In this document: one piece after another, positions 32,801 to 47,800 of the stretch | Layout: each line of letters begins with the position of its first letter | Position numbering within the stretch: the stretch's first letter is position 1 | IMG/VR virus record: IMGVR_UViG_3300020283_000003 | Location: 1 to 58,770 of that record | DNA length: 58,770 nt | Strand: one strand, 5' to 3' | Source: a virus | Lineage: Duplodnaviria; Caudoviricetes | Made by a program: the position numbers and the translations under genes | Notes under the pieces: generated by a model | Databases searched by the model: none | What the model was told of the DNA's origin: nothing | Seen by the model: the letters and a program-made list of their open reading frames with translations, nothing else

Positions 32801-35800
32801 AGCATGACTGATAGCACCTTTTCCGCCATTAACATTAACTGTAATTGTGTCAGATGTATAACGTATGATTGGAAGATCCTTGCCATTGACATAATCACCT
32901 GATGCTCTTGGATATGCCTTAGTCTCTAACTTACCTTCAAATACACAACTAAAGGATATTGATTCTGTATCAAGACGTACACTATCATAATTTGTCAATC
33001 TATGAACTCCAACAGTTAATGTCATTTCACCACTAACAGGATCATAAATCGCATCTGATACAGTCAACTGCTGATTAGTAACAGTCATTATACCTGTAAC
33101 TGGATCATATAAAGCAGTATCAGGTGTCAAACCATATTGAGGAACAAATGTGTGTGCATAGTTACCACCAGTCTGGACTGCGCTAGTTGCTGCACTTACA
33201 AAAGTATGACTTCCACCAGCTCCGCCAGTACAAGCGAAACCAAGATTTTCAAGTTTTACAAATTGACCAACAAATGTAACACCATGACCAACGTTAGTGG
33301 TCACTGTCATTATACCTGTGAAATTATTATAAGTAGCGGTGCTAATATCTCTACTCAAACCATTTGGATCTGGGAAAATATGAGTCGTAATACCTGTTCC
33401 ACCAGGACAAGTTAAAGCAAGACCAGAAATACTGATTAGTTCACCACCCTTAATTCCATGACTAGGAACAGTAAATGTTGCAATACCAGTAGTAGTGTTG
33501 TATGTCATTCCAGTAATACTACTAATACCACCAGGTTCTTTACTTGGTTTTGGATCATATACGTGACGATATGAAGAAACCCCTACATTAGTTCTAAATG
33601 TTCTATCATCATAAACAGTATCAACAATAAAGGCATCAGTCCTTAATTTCTTCTTAGTAATTCCACCACCATTGTAGAAGTGTTGATAAGTTGAAATACC
33701 ACAATCAATATTAAATGCCTTCTTATTGACAATACCAGTTATGATATAAGTATCATCTACGCCACCAAAATTGAGTTTGGATACTTCACCAACACCAATT
33801 GATGGTGTATATGTGTGTTTGTAAGAGGTAATACCAACGTTACAGTTGAATCTAGGACCACCTTTTGTGATAGCACCAGTAGCAACACCAACAAATGTAT
33901 GTGCGTAATTACCACCTGCAATAACAGCACCAGCAGTTGCACTAATAAATGTGTGAGCAGATAAGTCACTGATAGAAGAGAGACCTACAGCACCGTTGAC
34001 ATTGATAGTAATAGTTGTTGAACTTACTGCACTAATTTCTAAAGATTTCTCATATGCATAATCTGGAGTACCAGCATTAATACCAGTACCACTAGCACGA
34101 GGATATGTCTTAGTTACAGAGTAACCATCTAAAGCACATCTGAATGATAATGAATCAGTTGCTAATTTTATATGTTGACCGATTACAAAATTATGAGCAC
34201 CAATAGTAAGTTCTAATACACCAGTACTAGGTTCATACGCAGCGCCAGTTACATTGAATAGTTGTTGTGGTGATCTACCAACTTGAAGATCGATAGTAGT
34301 ATTTCCAACGCCAACAACTTCAACTGGTTGCTCGAATGATCTATCTACCTTATGTGTAATACCATCAGTTACAGCAGATATAAACGTATGTGAATCTACA
34401 TTTGTAGATGGAACAGAATTGTCAGATAACGCCTGAATTTCAAAAGTGTTTGCTGTAGTATTAGAAACTTGTACCCATTGTCCACTAATAGGATCACTAG
34501 AACGTGGATATGATTTTGTACTCTTACTTCCAAGAGCATCTCCGACATAAATTATAAACTCAGTTCCTGATGTAACAGTTACAGCAGTGGTTATTCCTGC
34601 AATAGGATCAGTAACACGAGGATATGTGTGTGTTGTTGCATGATAATCTGCAGCACAAGTAAATGTCAATGAATTATAATCAAGAGTAACTGTATCACTA
34701 GTTGACATTCCATGAGAAGATAGGAATACTAATGTAAGAGCACCTGTTGTTGCATTATAAGTTGCGTTAGCAGGTGTTAATTCAGTTCCAGATACTGCAC
34801 CACTCTGAACATTAACTGCACCAGTTGTTGCAGATACAAATGTATGATCAGTTACACCATAACCACATCTGAATGATAATGCATTATCTGCTAATTTAAC
34901 CCATGATCCATCATCCATACCATGATCAGCAACAGTTATAGTTGTTACACCTACAACAGGATCATAGATGGCATTAGTTGGTGTAAAGGATTTAATTAAG
35001 TTTCTTGGATATGTCTTCTGAGAACCTGTGGAATCCATATCACAGGTAAATGTTAATGCATTAGTTCCAATATCAACAGTTTCACCAACAGAAATACCGT
35101 GTCCATTACCAATAGTAACAGTCATGATACCTACAACTGGATCATAAATGGCATTAGTTACGTCATATGGTCTAGGTGGAAGAAGTCTGGTTACTTCATA
35201 AGGACCAGTTTTCTTAATTGCAGAAACTGTACCACGAGTATTAATTCCAACATTTAATGTAATAGTATCTGCACCAACTGAATCAATGTTAATTGCAGTA
35301 TCATAATAAGGATCACTAGCTCTTGGATAAGTCTTAGTTGATACATTACCATCATCCTCACATGTAAAACTCAATGCTCCGTTTGCTATCTTAACACTGG
35401 TTCCTGCAGTCAAACTATGTGCTCCGATAGTTAAGACTAAAACTCCAGTATCACTATCGTAAGTCGCATCAGTAACATCATGATTTACAATAGGTGATGC
35501 ACCAACGTTAACTGTAATAGTATTAGTAGTTGTTCCTGTGATACTAATAATTTGTCCTGATACAGGGTCAGTAGATCTTGGATAAGTCTTCGTTGCTGTA
35601 TTTCCGTCCATTGTACATGTGAAGGACAATGCGTTATCAGCGATGGTAAGTGTATTAGAAGTTGTTAGTAAATGATTAGCAGAGGTAATTACCATATTAC
35701 CTGTGTTAGGAGTATATGCTACGTTTGTGATTGGGTTTGGTAAGTTACCAACATCACTCTGAACTCCATTTGTTACAGCAGATAAGAATGTATGTACGTA

Positions 35801-38800
35801 ATTACCACCAGATTGAACCGCAGCACTTGCTGTACCACCTACCCATGTATGTCTGCCAAGGTTGTATGTGTGAACAATTGTAGAAACACCAACATCAACC
35901 CAGATTGTATTTGGATCAACGATTCTTAGAACTCTGAAAGATCTATTAGGTTCTGTAGCAGGATCTGGGAATCTGTGAGTAGTTACGCCAGCATATGCTG
36001 AAGAACAATTAAAGAGGAGATTTTGTAAATCTAAACTATCTGTTACTTTGAAATCATGAGCAGCAGTTGTGGTTACAGTAGCAAGACCAGTAGAATTATC
36101 ATAATAAACTGTACCAATATTATATTTTCTTCCTAATGATTGTGGGAAAATAGTTGATGTTAGACCAGCAAAACCACTAGGACATGTAAATCCTAAACCA
36201 GCAAAGTTAATTCTATCACCTAATCCAAATGGTAGAGAATTTCTTGCAACAGTAACAGTAGAAAGACCTGTAGTATTATCGTAGATAAAGTCTGTTATAC
36301 TATGACCAATACCTGATGCTGCTGATGGATATATGGTTGTACTTAATCCAAGAAGTGCATTACCACCACTTACATAAGTGTGAGCAATTGTAGAAGGTCC
36401 AACATTAACTCTGAACTTATTTTTGGTTGGTGTGCTAGAAACAATGAATTCAAATCCATATTTACCAGTAGGATAGATGTGAGATGTAACACCAACCTGT
36501 ATTTCACCACCAGCATCGTAAACATGAGGAATAGAAGTTATACCAACATTTGTTAGAATCTTGGTTGGAGAAAGAACTTTAGTAACTCTGAATTGACTTC
36601 CTTGTGTACCATCTGGGAATATTGAAGTTGTTACGCCAAGATAGTTAAGAGTTTTAATCGCATTTGTAGTTGCACTAACAAAAGTATGTGGGAATGTACC
36701 TGTACCACCAGTTCCAACATTAACTTGGAATGAATTTGTAGTTACACCTGAAATTGGTAGGTACTTATTATATGCAAAGTCTGTAGCACGAGGATATGGA
36801 TGAGTTGTAGCACCACCATCTAAAGTACATGTAAATACGATACTGCTTGCACCAATGGAGATTTTATCACCATTTGTTAATCCATGATTAGAAGCAAATG
36901 TGACTGTAGAAAGACCAGTTGAAGGTTCGTAAGTAAATCCAATAGGTGTTCCAACATTAACTTTTGGACATGTAAATCCAAGACCTGTTAATTTTATCTG
37001 TTCTCCAGGTTTTGCTCCATGAGGACTAGGAGTTGTAATCGTAGTAATACCTGTAGAATTATTATATTCAAAGGCAGAAATAGCAAATGTTATTCCATAT
37101 CCAGCACAACTGAATTCAAGACCCTGCAATCTAACCTTATCTCCTTTGGAGAAATTATGAGCAGATGCTGTAGTTATTGTTGTAAGACCTGTTGGTGCAT
37201 CATATAGAGCATCAGTAATATTAACGCCATATCCACATTTTAAGTTGAGATCTTCAATATAAATTCTGTCTCCTTCCTCATATCTGTGAGGAGTTGCCAA
37301 AGTAATAGTACCAAGACCAGATGTATTATCATAATTAAAGGCAGAAATAGTCTTAGCAATACCTGCTCTGCAAGGGAAGAGAGTGGTTGTAATTCCAGCT
37401 TTCTGACTGATTTGAGCATATTTTTGACCAATACATGTGAAACCAATACCATTGAAGAATACTTCCTCACCTTCTTCTAAGATACCAAATCTTTCTAGAG
37501 TGGTTACTGTTGCCATTCCAGTTTTATTATCATAGAGGAAGTCAACCACAGTCTTCTTAAGACCTCTAGTGTATGGGAAGACACCAGTAGTAATTCCAGA
37601 TTTAGTTGGTACACAAGTAAATCCAATACCTACAAAATCAATACTATCACCTGCTTCTAATCCATGAGCAGTAGAAGTGGTAACTGTAGAAAGTCCTATG
37701 GTATGATCGTAGACATAATTGGTAATGCTACTCATTCCTTGAGTTGTAGGTGCAGTCAGAACCTTATAAACTTCACCTGCATGGTTAATAGAAGCACCAA
37801 TAGAAGGATTACCTAGATTTGCAAATCCTCTTCCTTCACTAGAACCTAAAGTAACAACAACACCACCTCTAGGTAAACCATTTTGGTTAATATCTGTTGC
37901 AGAAACAATAGGATCTCCACTTTCATTAAGAATACCAGTGAAAGTTAGATCAGTAGCACCACCTTGTTCTCTAATGAATAGGTTTGCATTAAAGTTATTT
38001 GGAGTTTGTGGTTTTTGGAACATATTGTTCACAAAGAAGATACCAAAACCACCTTCACTACCAATACCAGTTATATTTTTACCTTCAGACTGAAGAGCAA
38101 ATGTTTTCGCAACACCAGTAAACTGACCAGAAATATCATCAAAGATCTTATTAGAATCATAATTTTTCCTCAAATAAACTCTTCCATTGAAACTAGATCC
38201 TGCTTCTGGAATACCAGTTGTGGATGCTTCATCGGAAGATTTACCACCATTAGGAGCACCAGTGAAGAAGATATTATTTCTAGCGAAGCTATAAGAACCA
38301 GTGTATTTTTGAATTATTGAACCATTAGGATGGAATGATGCTGCTGTTCCTACTGAACCACGTTGAATCTTACATAAGTTAAATGTACCAATACCAGCAG
38401 TATCAATTTCAGTATTTGTAGTACCTACACCAACAGCTTCAACAAGTACAAATTCATCATTAATTTCAAATATATCACCAAGAATAACAGATGAAATACC
38501 TGAAATTGCCATAAATGTGGAAGTTTTACCAAGACCAAGAACTCCACCCCCAGAAAGAGTTGTATTATTCTCTAGAGTTCTAGTAATTGGTGCCCAAGTA
38601 AGTGGTTTCTGAACAAGACCGTCAATCGCAATAAGAGATCTGGATAATTTACCAGTTGTATCAAATTCATGAAGATTACCTGCACCAACAGATCCTAAAG
38701 TAGTTCCAATACCTGCTATGGCAGCTGCTGTAGTAAGACCAATTCTAAACTCATCTTCATTATCTTTAATTGCATAAACTGGAGATGGTAGAGGATCTCC

Positions 38801-41800
38801 GTTTGCAAGAGTCATTGGTGCTGTGACAACACCAACAAATGTTCCACCAGGAATATATTTTAATTCTTGACCAGTTGCAAAGAAGTGATTTTTAATCCTA
38901 AATTTACCAGTAGCAAGATTAAGTGCAGAAGTATTAGCAGGGTTAAATGTTTTAGAGAAAATTGGATATCCATTCCACAACATTGGGAATTCAAAGATAT
39001 TTCTAAAATTCAAACCAGTGTAAGTAGTATTGAAAGTTTCTTCAACAACTGCTCCATATTCTAGTGGATTTACAGTATTTCTTTCAAGTTCTAAGTAAAG
39101 GACTTCATTAAATGTCCTCATAGACATTTTATCAGTTATACCTGCCTCAGGTGTAAAGACAAGAACTGCCTTTTCACCATCATATTTGGCAAATACCGTT
39201 CCCAGACCCGTCGTATTACCGACCGATAGTACGGGATATTCAGAGAAGTATAGAGAATCACCAAGTTGGTCATTCAAGAACATGTACTGGAAGGCAGAGA
39301 ATGTCCTTCCATATCCAACAACCATTGTACACTGGTTTACGGACTGAATATCACTCTTAATACCAGCAAAGTTTGCAGTAGATCCAACACCAACACTCTG
39401 ATACTCAGTATAATACTGAGCAGATCTTTCATTATCAGGAATCATTCCTGTTGCTAAGAATCTATAGTCTCTATTAGTAGTTCCAACAGTATTACCGAAA
39501 CCTAATGTTCTTGCTTTTAAGTTTACAAACTCACCAGGTCTAGCATTGTAGAATTCAATACTAAAGTTATTACCACTAGGATCATAAGTACTTCCAAATG
39601 TACCAAATGCACCTGCGTTAGTACCACCAAAAGAACCATCAGAAAGAATAATATTATATTCAGACATATAACTATCATTTCCATCATGAATTGCTTTTAG
39701 TTCAACAAACATGGTCTCTTTTTGACCAGCAGACACAGTTTCTACTTCAACTTGAGAATGTAGATAATCAAAGTTTGTTGCAGCAACAGAAACAAAAGAT
39801 TTGGATGTGTTAGGTCCAATTTCAGCATCAGAACCCATTAGAACAGCAAAACCAAATGCAGTTGTTCCGATACCAGTAAGTGTTGGTTCAGTATTATAGA
39901 ACTGGTTTAAAACCTTAATATCATAGTTCTTATCAAATGGATCAGCAGGATAAAATCTTAAACGAACCTGTGAGTTATCTACATCTACAGAACCTTCAAG
40001 AGTTCCGATCTCTTGTGGTGTACTATGTAATTTCTTAAAGGTTGGTTCTGAATAGTAAGTATTAGTTCCATCTTGAAGAATAGTAATTTCAGAAACTTGG
40101 AAATCTCTACGGTCTTCACTAGTGATTTGAACAAGGAATCTATTTGAGATAAAGTTAAATGGATATCTGTAAATATTTTCAAATAGATCCAAAGTGTTTG
40201 GATTACTAATATTACTAAACTGACTAGAAATATCGTCAATGTTTAGAACTCTGTTTGTAATAGATTCAAAATAGTCAGATAATTTTGCATTTTCTAATTC
40301 AATTTCATTACTGAGTTCTACCTCACTTCTAGTTGCAATATTAACATCTCTACCTATATCAAAGTAATATTGATCATCAACTCTTACTTCTTCAACAAGA
40401 TCTACTGTAGCATCAGTAGCAGTGGTAGAAGTTTGAATACCTGCATTTTTACCAACAGTTACTAACTGATTATCAACAAAGTTTTTAAGACCTGTTGGGT
40501 GAACACTGTTGTTTACCGCATCAATACACTCTTCATAAGAAACTTCAGTTTTAAGTGTATATGAAAGATTCTGATAATAATTGTTATCTTGAATAACTTG
40601 ACCACTGGAATTTAATTTTCCAGAATCAGATGTTCCTTCAATAGTCTTATCTGTCTCAGCTTCTACGCTGTAAACACCATCAAATCTTAAGATTTCTACA
40701 ACTTTTGCTTGAGAACCACTCTTTGCTCCAATGATAATATCATCAGGAACAATAGGAGAAGTACCAACAAACTTAATATTTTCAGCAGTTGCATCAAAAG
40801 AAATTACTTGTAAATCACTCTCTTCACTGTTTACAATTAATTTTTCATTTTTATCAAATGAAGCTTGTTTTAAATCAACCCTGAATGTAGGTAATTCATC
40901 TTTTGGAATAACACGAGAGAAGTTTTGAGTATCACTAACACCTAAACCAACATTAAATGTATAATCAGAATAATCAACTGTAAAGGAGAATGGGTTAGTT
41001 GTTACAACATTAGTAACTTTTAAGAAATTGTATTGATGATTGGCTGAGTTGTAACCATCTGCACCAGCATCTTTTTCAAAACCTTCGATCCAAACTTCAT
41101 CATTAACTTTAAATGGTGGAGCACTAAACCCAAGAACAGGAGTAGAAATTGTAAATGTTACAATACCACTTCTAGTTGGGTTAGCTTCTGATTTTGTGAT
41201 AACAATACCATTTGTATTATTAACTGAATATAACCTATATTCTCTATTTTGTAGACCTACAGGATTCGCTGCAATTTCTGTATCTACAATAGAACCTGAG
41301 TTTTCATTAATTCTTGCAACAATATTAGCACCATCAACTTTTGTACCTACAAATCTATCGACAAGTTCTAACTTAGGAGCAGAAATATAGTTTTTACCAT
41401 TAGACAAAATACTAATGTTACCAACAGTATTAAAGTCTCTAATAGTAGTAACAGTAGGAACATCAACAATTGGTCTTAAAGTACTATCAGAAGAATAGTT
41501 AAATCCTTCATTTACTAACTGAATTGAATTAATTTGACCAATTTTAGTTGATTTTGGTTTAATAGTAGAGTTATCACCTTTTACAGATTCAACACCCAAG
41601 AATCTTGGTAGTTTTGTATAGAATTCTCCATTGGATAGTAGATTAATTTTATCAATTGGACCTTCTGGACCAATGGCAGCTGTAGAATAGAACCTTCTAC
41701 CTTCAGTTGCAGCATAAGAAACTTGCTCTGGAGTTTTTGCAATTGCAAAACTGAATGTGGTAGTACCAACTCCAACTGCAGAACTACCGATACCAGTGAT

Positions 41801-44800
41801 TGCAAAATTACCAGTATATGCACTATTAACATACTTAATAGTGTTATTTTCTTTTACATCACTATCTGGTATTAATGGTTTTCCATCCTTAGTAATATTA
41901 TAATAAAGAATCTTAGGACAGAAGATATTATTATTAACATCTAATCTAGCATAAGTATTACCAATACTAATTACACGGTCTTCTGCATCAAGAACATCAC
42001 CAACTTCAGCAAATGTACTTTGACCAGTTCCTACAAATTCACTATTAAATCCTTGGTCATAATAAATTTTGAAATCATATCCATTTAACTCATAGTTTTG
42101 TAAGTCAAATACGGCAGTAGATCTGCTAGGAATTTCTATTTTTGGATTAATTAAACCAAAGTTATGATCAGTTCCACCAATACTTGTTAAAGGAACTATA
42201 ACAGGCACATCTGCTACAGCATCTTCATACGTTTCACATAATCGGAAATTATTAGGAGAATCCCTGTAAATGTAATATCTACCCCTACTCAGTCCACCAA
42301 TAGGTTCTGGACATTTTGGTTCATAGTAAATTCTATCACCTGTTTTAAAATTATTACCTTGAATAGAAATTCTATTAGTTGATGTATTGACACCAGCAGA
42401 AGAAATGCCTTGAGAATCGACAATAACCAAACCTTCAGAATTTAGTTCTAATCTTACTCTAGAACTTGTACCAATACCAACTTCTTGATTTGCAATTACG
42501 TTAAAGTTAATAGTATCTCCTACTTGTAACCCATGAGCTTGAGTTGTAGTAACTGTTGTAGTTGGTTGTAATACAGATCCTCTTACTGCTGTACCAATAC
42601 CTTGAACAAAATATCCATCATCATTACTACCATCGCTAGTAAAGAACAATTCAGCACCATTTTTCTCAGTTTTTATACCAATTGTATTGATTGATTTGTA
42701 TACAATATAAACTTCTTGCTCAACACCTGATCTAGGTAAAGAATCAGTAACTAGAGTAGCTGTTGTTCCAACACCAATTGCAGTGGCAACACCAAGAGAG
42801 AGTTGACCTGATTTCTTAACAAATAAAGCTTTTTGTCCATCTAAGAAAGGATGTTTATTTAAGAAAATAGATTTATGCTCAACTACTCTAGTTTGGGCAA
42901 TATTATTTTCTGTATAATTAAGAGTTTCATAATTTCCTACAGTTGTACCTACACCAACTGTTTGTTTTGGATTAAAGAATTTTTTAGGGAAGAATTCAGA
43001 TACGAATTGTGGAGCATCACTGTCAATAGTAAATCTATCTTGCAGATAACTGATAGTACCAGAAGCACTAAATGATGCAATACCTGTTCTCTCAATACGT
43101 AGTAAATTTTTACTTTCAATTACATTTAAGACTTTAGCAACTTCACCATCACTAAATTTAATACTAGATCCACCACTTACATTTTGTGGAATTCTACTTA
43201 CAATAAGATCAGTTATAACACCAACCGCTCCCGCTTTAACTGGATCTAAAAGTATAGCTCTTTCTGATGCAACACCAACTACATGGAATCCTTGAAGACC
43301 TTTAACATCAGTATTTGTGTTAAAGATTTCAATAACCTCTCCATTATTAAAATCATGATTTGGTTGAATAATTCCTGTAATTTCTGAATCAGCTGTTTTT
43401 TGGAAAGTTACTTCATCAAATTGAACATTAGTACTTTGTAAATCAGTAACGCTCTTACCTTTAACGAAAGAAACTTGTGCAGATACTCCATTACCACCAG
43501 TTCCTTCTTCATCAAATTCTAAAACATCTCCAACTTTATAAAGATCACCACCTTCAACAATTTCTAACTGTTCAACACCGCCAGTCAAAACAGAATCAAT
43601 GACACCTTCTTGTCCAACTAATTCATCAGCTTCAATAACAAAATCGTAACTAGCACTATTACTCTTTAATCTGTAAGGATAAGTATTCCTACTAAGATCT
43701 AACGCATTGATATCATCGTCCTGAGAGATCGACTGAGACGCTTTAGGAGCGATGTAAGTGTCTCCGATATAATATGGGAAGGATGCTCTTGGTAAACCTG
43801 TTCCAGGGTCAATTTCGAGGGTAGCAACGTATCCATAAATTCCATCAGGGAAATCGTCAGAAACAAACCATCTACCATTATGAACGTCAAGATCACCAGT
43901 TCCCATGAACTTATAATCTTCAACAAAGAAACCAGCAGGATATTCTCCTGGATCTGGTCTATTTGGAACTAAATGACTTGCTAATTGGTATCCAGAACGA
44001 ACATATGTTGTGATACCTGTATTTTGTTTTGGATCTCTTGTTGCAAAAGGACCAAAAATTGGGTTTCCATCATATGCCCAACCAATAATAGGAGATCTTT
44101 GTGCAAGAGTATCTCCAAAATCAGTTTGAAGATCTTGTGAATATGCTAAAGATGCATATTGAATTGGATATTGAGTCTCAGCATTTAAGAAATCATCTGT
44201 TGAATACTTTTCATGTAAGTTTACAGTCAAAGGTCTTACTGTCGATTCAATAATACCAGACTGTCCTACAGACCTTACAACAATAGCTGTATCTTCTGCG
44301 TCATATCCTATACCACCAGAAATTACCTCAACTGTAGCAACTTTACCTGATGCATTGAGTTTTGCCTTTAATTGGGCACCAGAACCTGTAGGACCTACAA
44401 CTGTTAAATCTGGAGCAGAAGTATAATTTGAACCTGCACCGATAATTTGAACCTGTGTAATAATTCCATTACTAATCAATGGTTGGAATTGTGCTCCACT
44501 ACCACTTGAAACTGTAATTAGAGGTGGTTTTTCAAAGTTTAATACCTTAGAACCATAATCTGATCCAGGTTCAGATAGATATGCACCAATGATTTCACCC
44601 CTTACATCTGGTTCGCAAGGAATAGATACTGTTGTTCCACCAATAGATGCTACAATATTAGCAGTAATATCTGGATATTTAACAGTATGAATACCACTAC
44701 CAACATCGCTAAGGAAAATATATCTGCCTCTAGTAACATCAGTTTCAGAAAGAGCTAGTCTAAACTCATCTGCACTTATACGAATAATTCTATAATTTGT

Positions 44801-47800
44801 ATCTGTGGTTAATTCAGGAATAGAATTAGTTGCTTGATAAATTACATCTTCATTGTTTTGGAAACCATGATTTTTTACAATGAAACAATTAGTTCCTGTA
44901 CTGATACCAGTTGTTTTAATTTCATAAGTTCTTTTTGTATAATCGGAACCTTCAGTAACAACAGAAATATTTTGAATTTTATTTTTAAAATCAAAAGATC
45001 TAAACTTATGAATACCTAAAGTGTTGAAAGTTGTGATACCAACAGTAGCAACACCTGCATTAGCATCATCTTCTGTTTCATGAAGTTTAATAGTAGTCGT
45101 GTTAATTACATTGGCAAAATATGTAACACCATTTTGTAAAGTACTTTCAGGATCATATTGGGTAATATCATCAGAACCTAATGTAAGTGCAACACCTAAT
45201 GGTTGGTTTCCATTTGAATTATAAACAATTTTCTGTCCTGTTTTAAAATTATGAGCACCAACGAAAGTAAGTGTATTACCAGGAATATCAACACCACCAT
45301 TTGCTAAAATATTTTTAGCATTAAAATTTGCTTCTGTATAATCTTGAGATAATGTAATTTCACCACTAGCACCTTCTCCATTACCACCTTCAATATTGAT
45401 ACCAAAAACTTGGTCAATATCATAAGACTCTCTATTTTCGAGATATAAAGACTTTAGAGATCCACTAAGAACAGGATTAATTACAGCAACTGTTCCACCA
45501 GCTCCAGGATTAGATACTTCAATTTTAGGTGGATTAATAACATCATAATCAGTACCACCACTAACTAATTCAACAGACTGAAGAGGACCATAATACAAAT
45601 AATCATTTGATTTATAGTTTAGTATTTCAATACCATTGATCAACATTCCTGTTGGACCATAGGTAGTAGTTTGAGCAAGACCTGAAGAAACACTTGGTTT
45701 TAGTGGGAATTGCCTTAGAATTTTTTGAGGTTGTATTTGCTTTCCATACTGAGAAGCAAGAGTTAGTCTATGTGTACCTGTTCCTTGCTTTAAATCAATA
45801 AATTTACTAACTTCAATAAAAGATCTAGCATTTGCTAGTTTTAATTGATTATTAGCAGCTGGATTTACCCAAATAAAGTATCTTTTACCACTTTCTAATC
45901 CCTCTAGAACAGTAGATCCAGATAATGCCTCATATACAATTTCATCACCTGTAACAAAGGGTAAATTTGTCTGGAATGATACTAATTGATCGATTTGACC
46001 AATACCAACATCTTGTCCATTAAAATCTACAAAAACTCTATCAACACTAAATGAGAAAGAAGGTAAACCTTGAGTCGCAACGTACATGGACTCATTAACT
46101 TTGTCTTTAGTAACATATGCATTTTGAATATTGGAAATAATTGTTTGATTTCCAAATTCAATCAAATTATTACTAGAAGTTGCCCTACTAATTACTCTTC
46201 TAATATCCCAATTTCTATCAGTAGTAATTCCTGTTGTATTAGATAATTGTACAGTATTATTATCGATAACAGTTACAACAGCAGTTGTTGTAATTGTATT
46301 TGTTCCTCTAGCAAGAATATCTACAGAATCTCCTGTTCTTAGATTACTCTTATCAAACTTATCTGAAATAGAAACTGTAGAACCAGTAATTTCAGATACT
46401 TCATATCTTGTTGCAATATTATAGATCCAAGAGTTAAAAATTCTTTGTTTGTAAGTCGGTAAAGTTAATGGATCTGCTGGTGGAGCAATATTTTCACCAA
46501 TACTCTTGATGTAAATTTCATTACCAACATCAAGATAGTAATTACTTCCTTGAGCCTCAAACTCTCCAAGAACTCCAGTGATTCTCATTTCTACCTTTCT
46601 GGTAGAATCTCCTTCCTCATAACCATATGCAATAACTGTAGATCTGACTTCGCTTCCAACTGGTAGATCAGATGTTAAACCAGAACAACCTAAAAATTGA
46701 GTTAGGTTTTTATCAGTATAAGTTACAGTAATTCCAAGGGAATCAATATAGAATGAACCACTCCTAGAGAAACCAACTGTACTATCTACGTTAATAACTC
46801 TGGTATTAGCAGAAGCAAGTAAAGTATTTTTAGTAAAACCTGGAACAAAGAATGAACCAGAGACCAAAGATTGTTCGTTATATCCAACAAAAAGCGGAAT
46901 TTTATAAAACTCTTCACCCTGACGAGTAAAAATTTCTACTTCAGAAATAGGACCAGATGCAGGTTGAACGTCTGGGTTAGTTGGGTCTGCATCTTGATAA
47001 AGAGTTTGACCAGTAAGTAGTAAAGGATTTCCACTAATTGCACTTACAACAACAATTGCTCTTCTTAAGTAATCAGAAGTAGATGATTTTACAACAAAAT
47101 CTTCAAGGTCAACTACTTGAACCTTTTTACCATAAAGAACATTGAATAAAATTCTGAATGATTCTCTTGTTCCTTTTGTTTTGTAGAAAGAATTTACGTT
47201 TTTAAGGAAATTTCCTACATTAATACCTGAATTTAAGGTTCTATCTTCAAAACCAGGAGCATATAGTTCTTTTAATTTAATATAATACTCTTTTAAAAAT
47301 TCTACACTAAGATTTTGAACTGCTGTAGTTGTACTTGCTCCACCATTAGTAACTCCAGTTGTTAAAACTGCAGTTGTATCATATCCATTACCTATATTTT
47401 GAATCCAAACAGGAAATCCCTGTGCATTTACAATAAATTCAATTGTATCACCTTCATCAATGACAATAGTTTGATTTAAACCTAAAGAATCAATACCAAG
47501 ATTGGTTAAATCATTTGTATTTACATCTCTATTAGCATTACTTAATTGGTAAAAATCATTATCAATATTCGTGATACCTAATCTGAATGTAGTAGGAGTG
47601 CTTCTACCACTAGTTCCTCTTGCCCTAACACGAATAATACCAAACATCTTAGTGATGGTGGCACTCTGATAATAGTAATCGGCAGCAGCATATCCAGTTG
47701 TATCAAATACAAGAACTCCTGAAGTATGAGCAGATGCATCTGTAGACTCAAAAACTAACTCTTCAGGGTTATTTTCATCTCTATATTTTGAAATACCACT

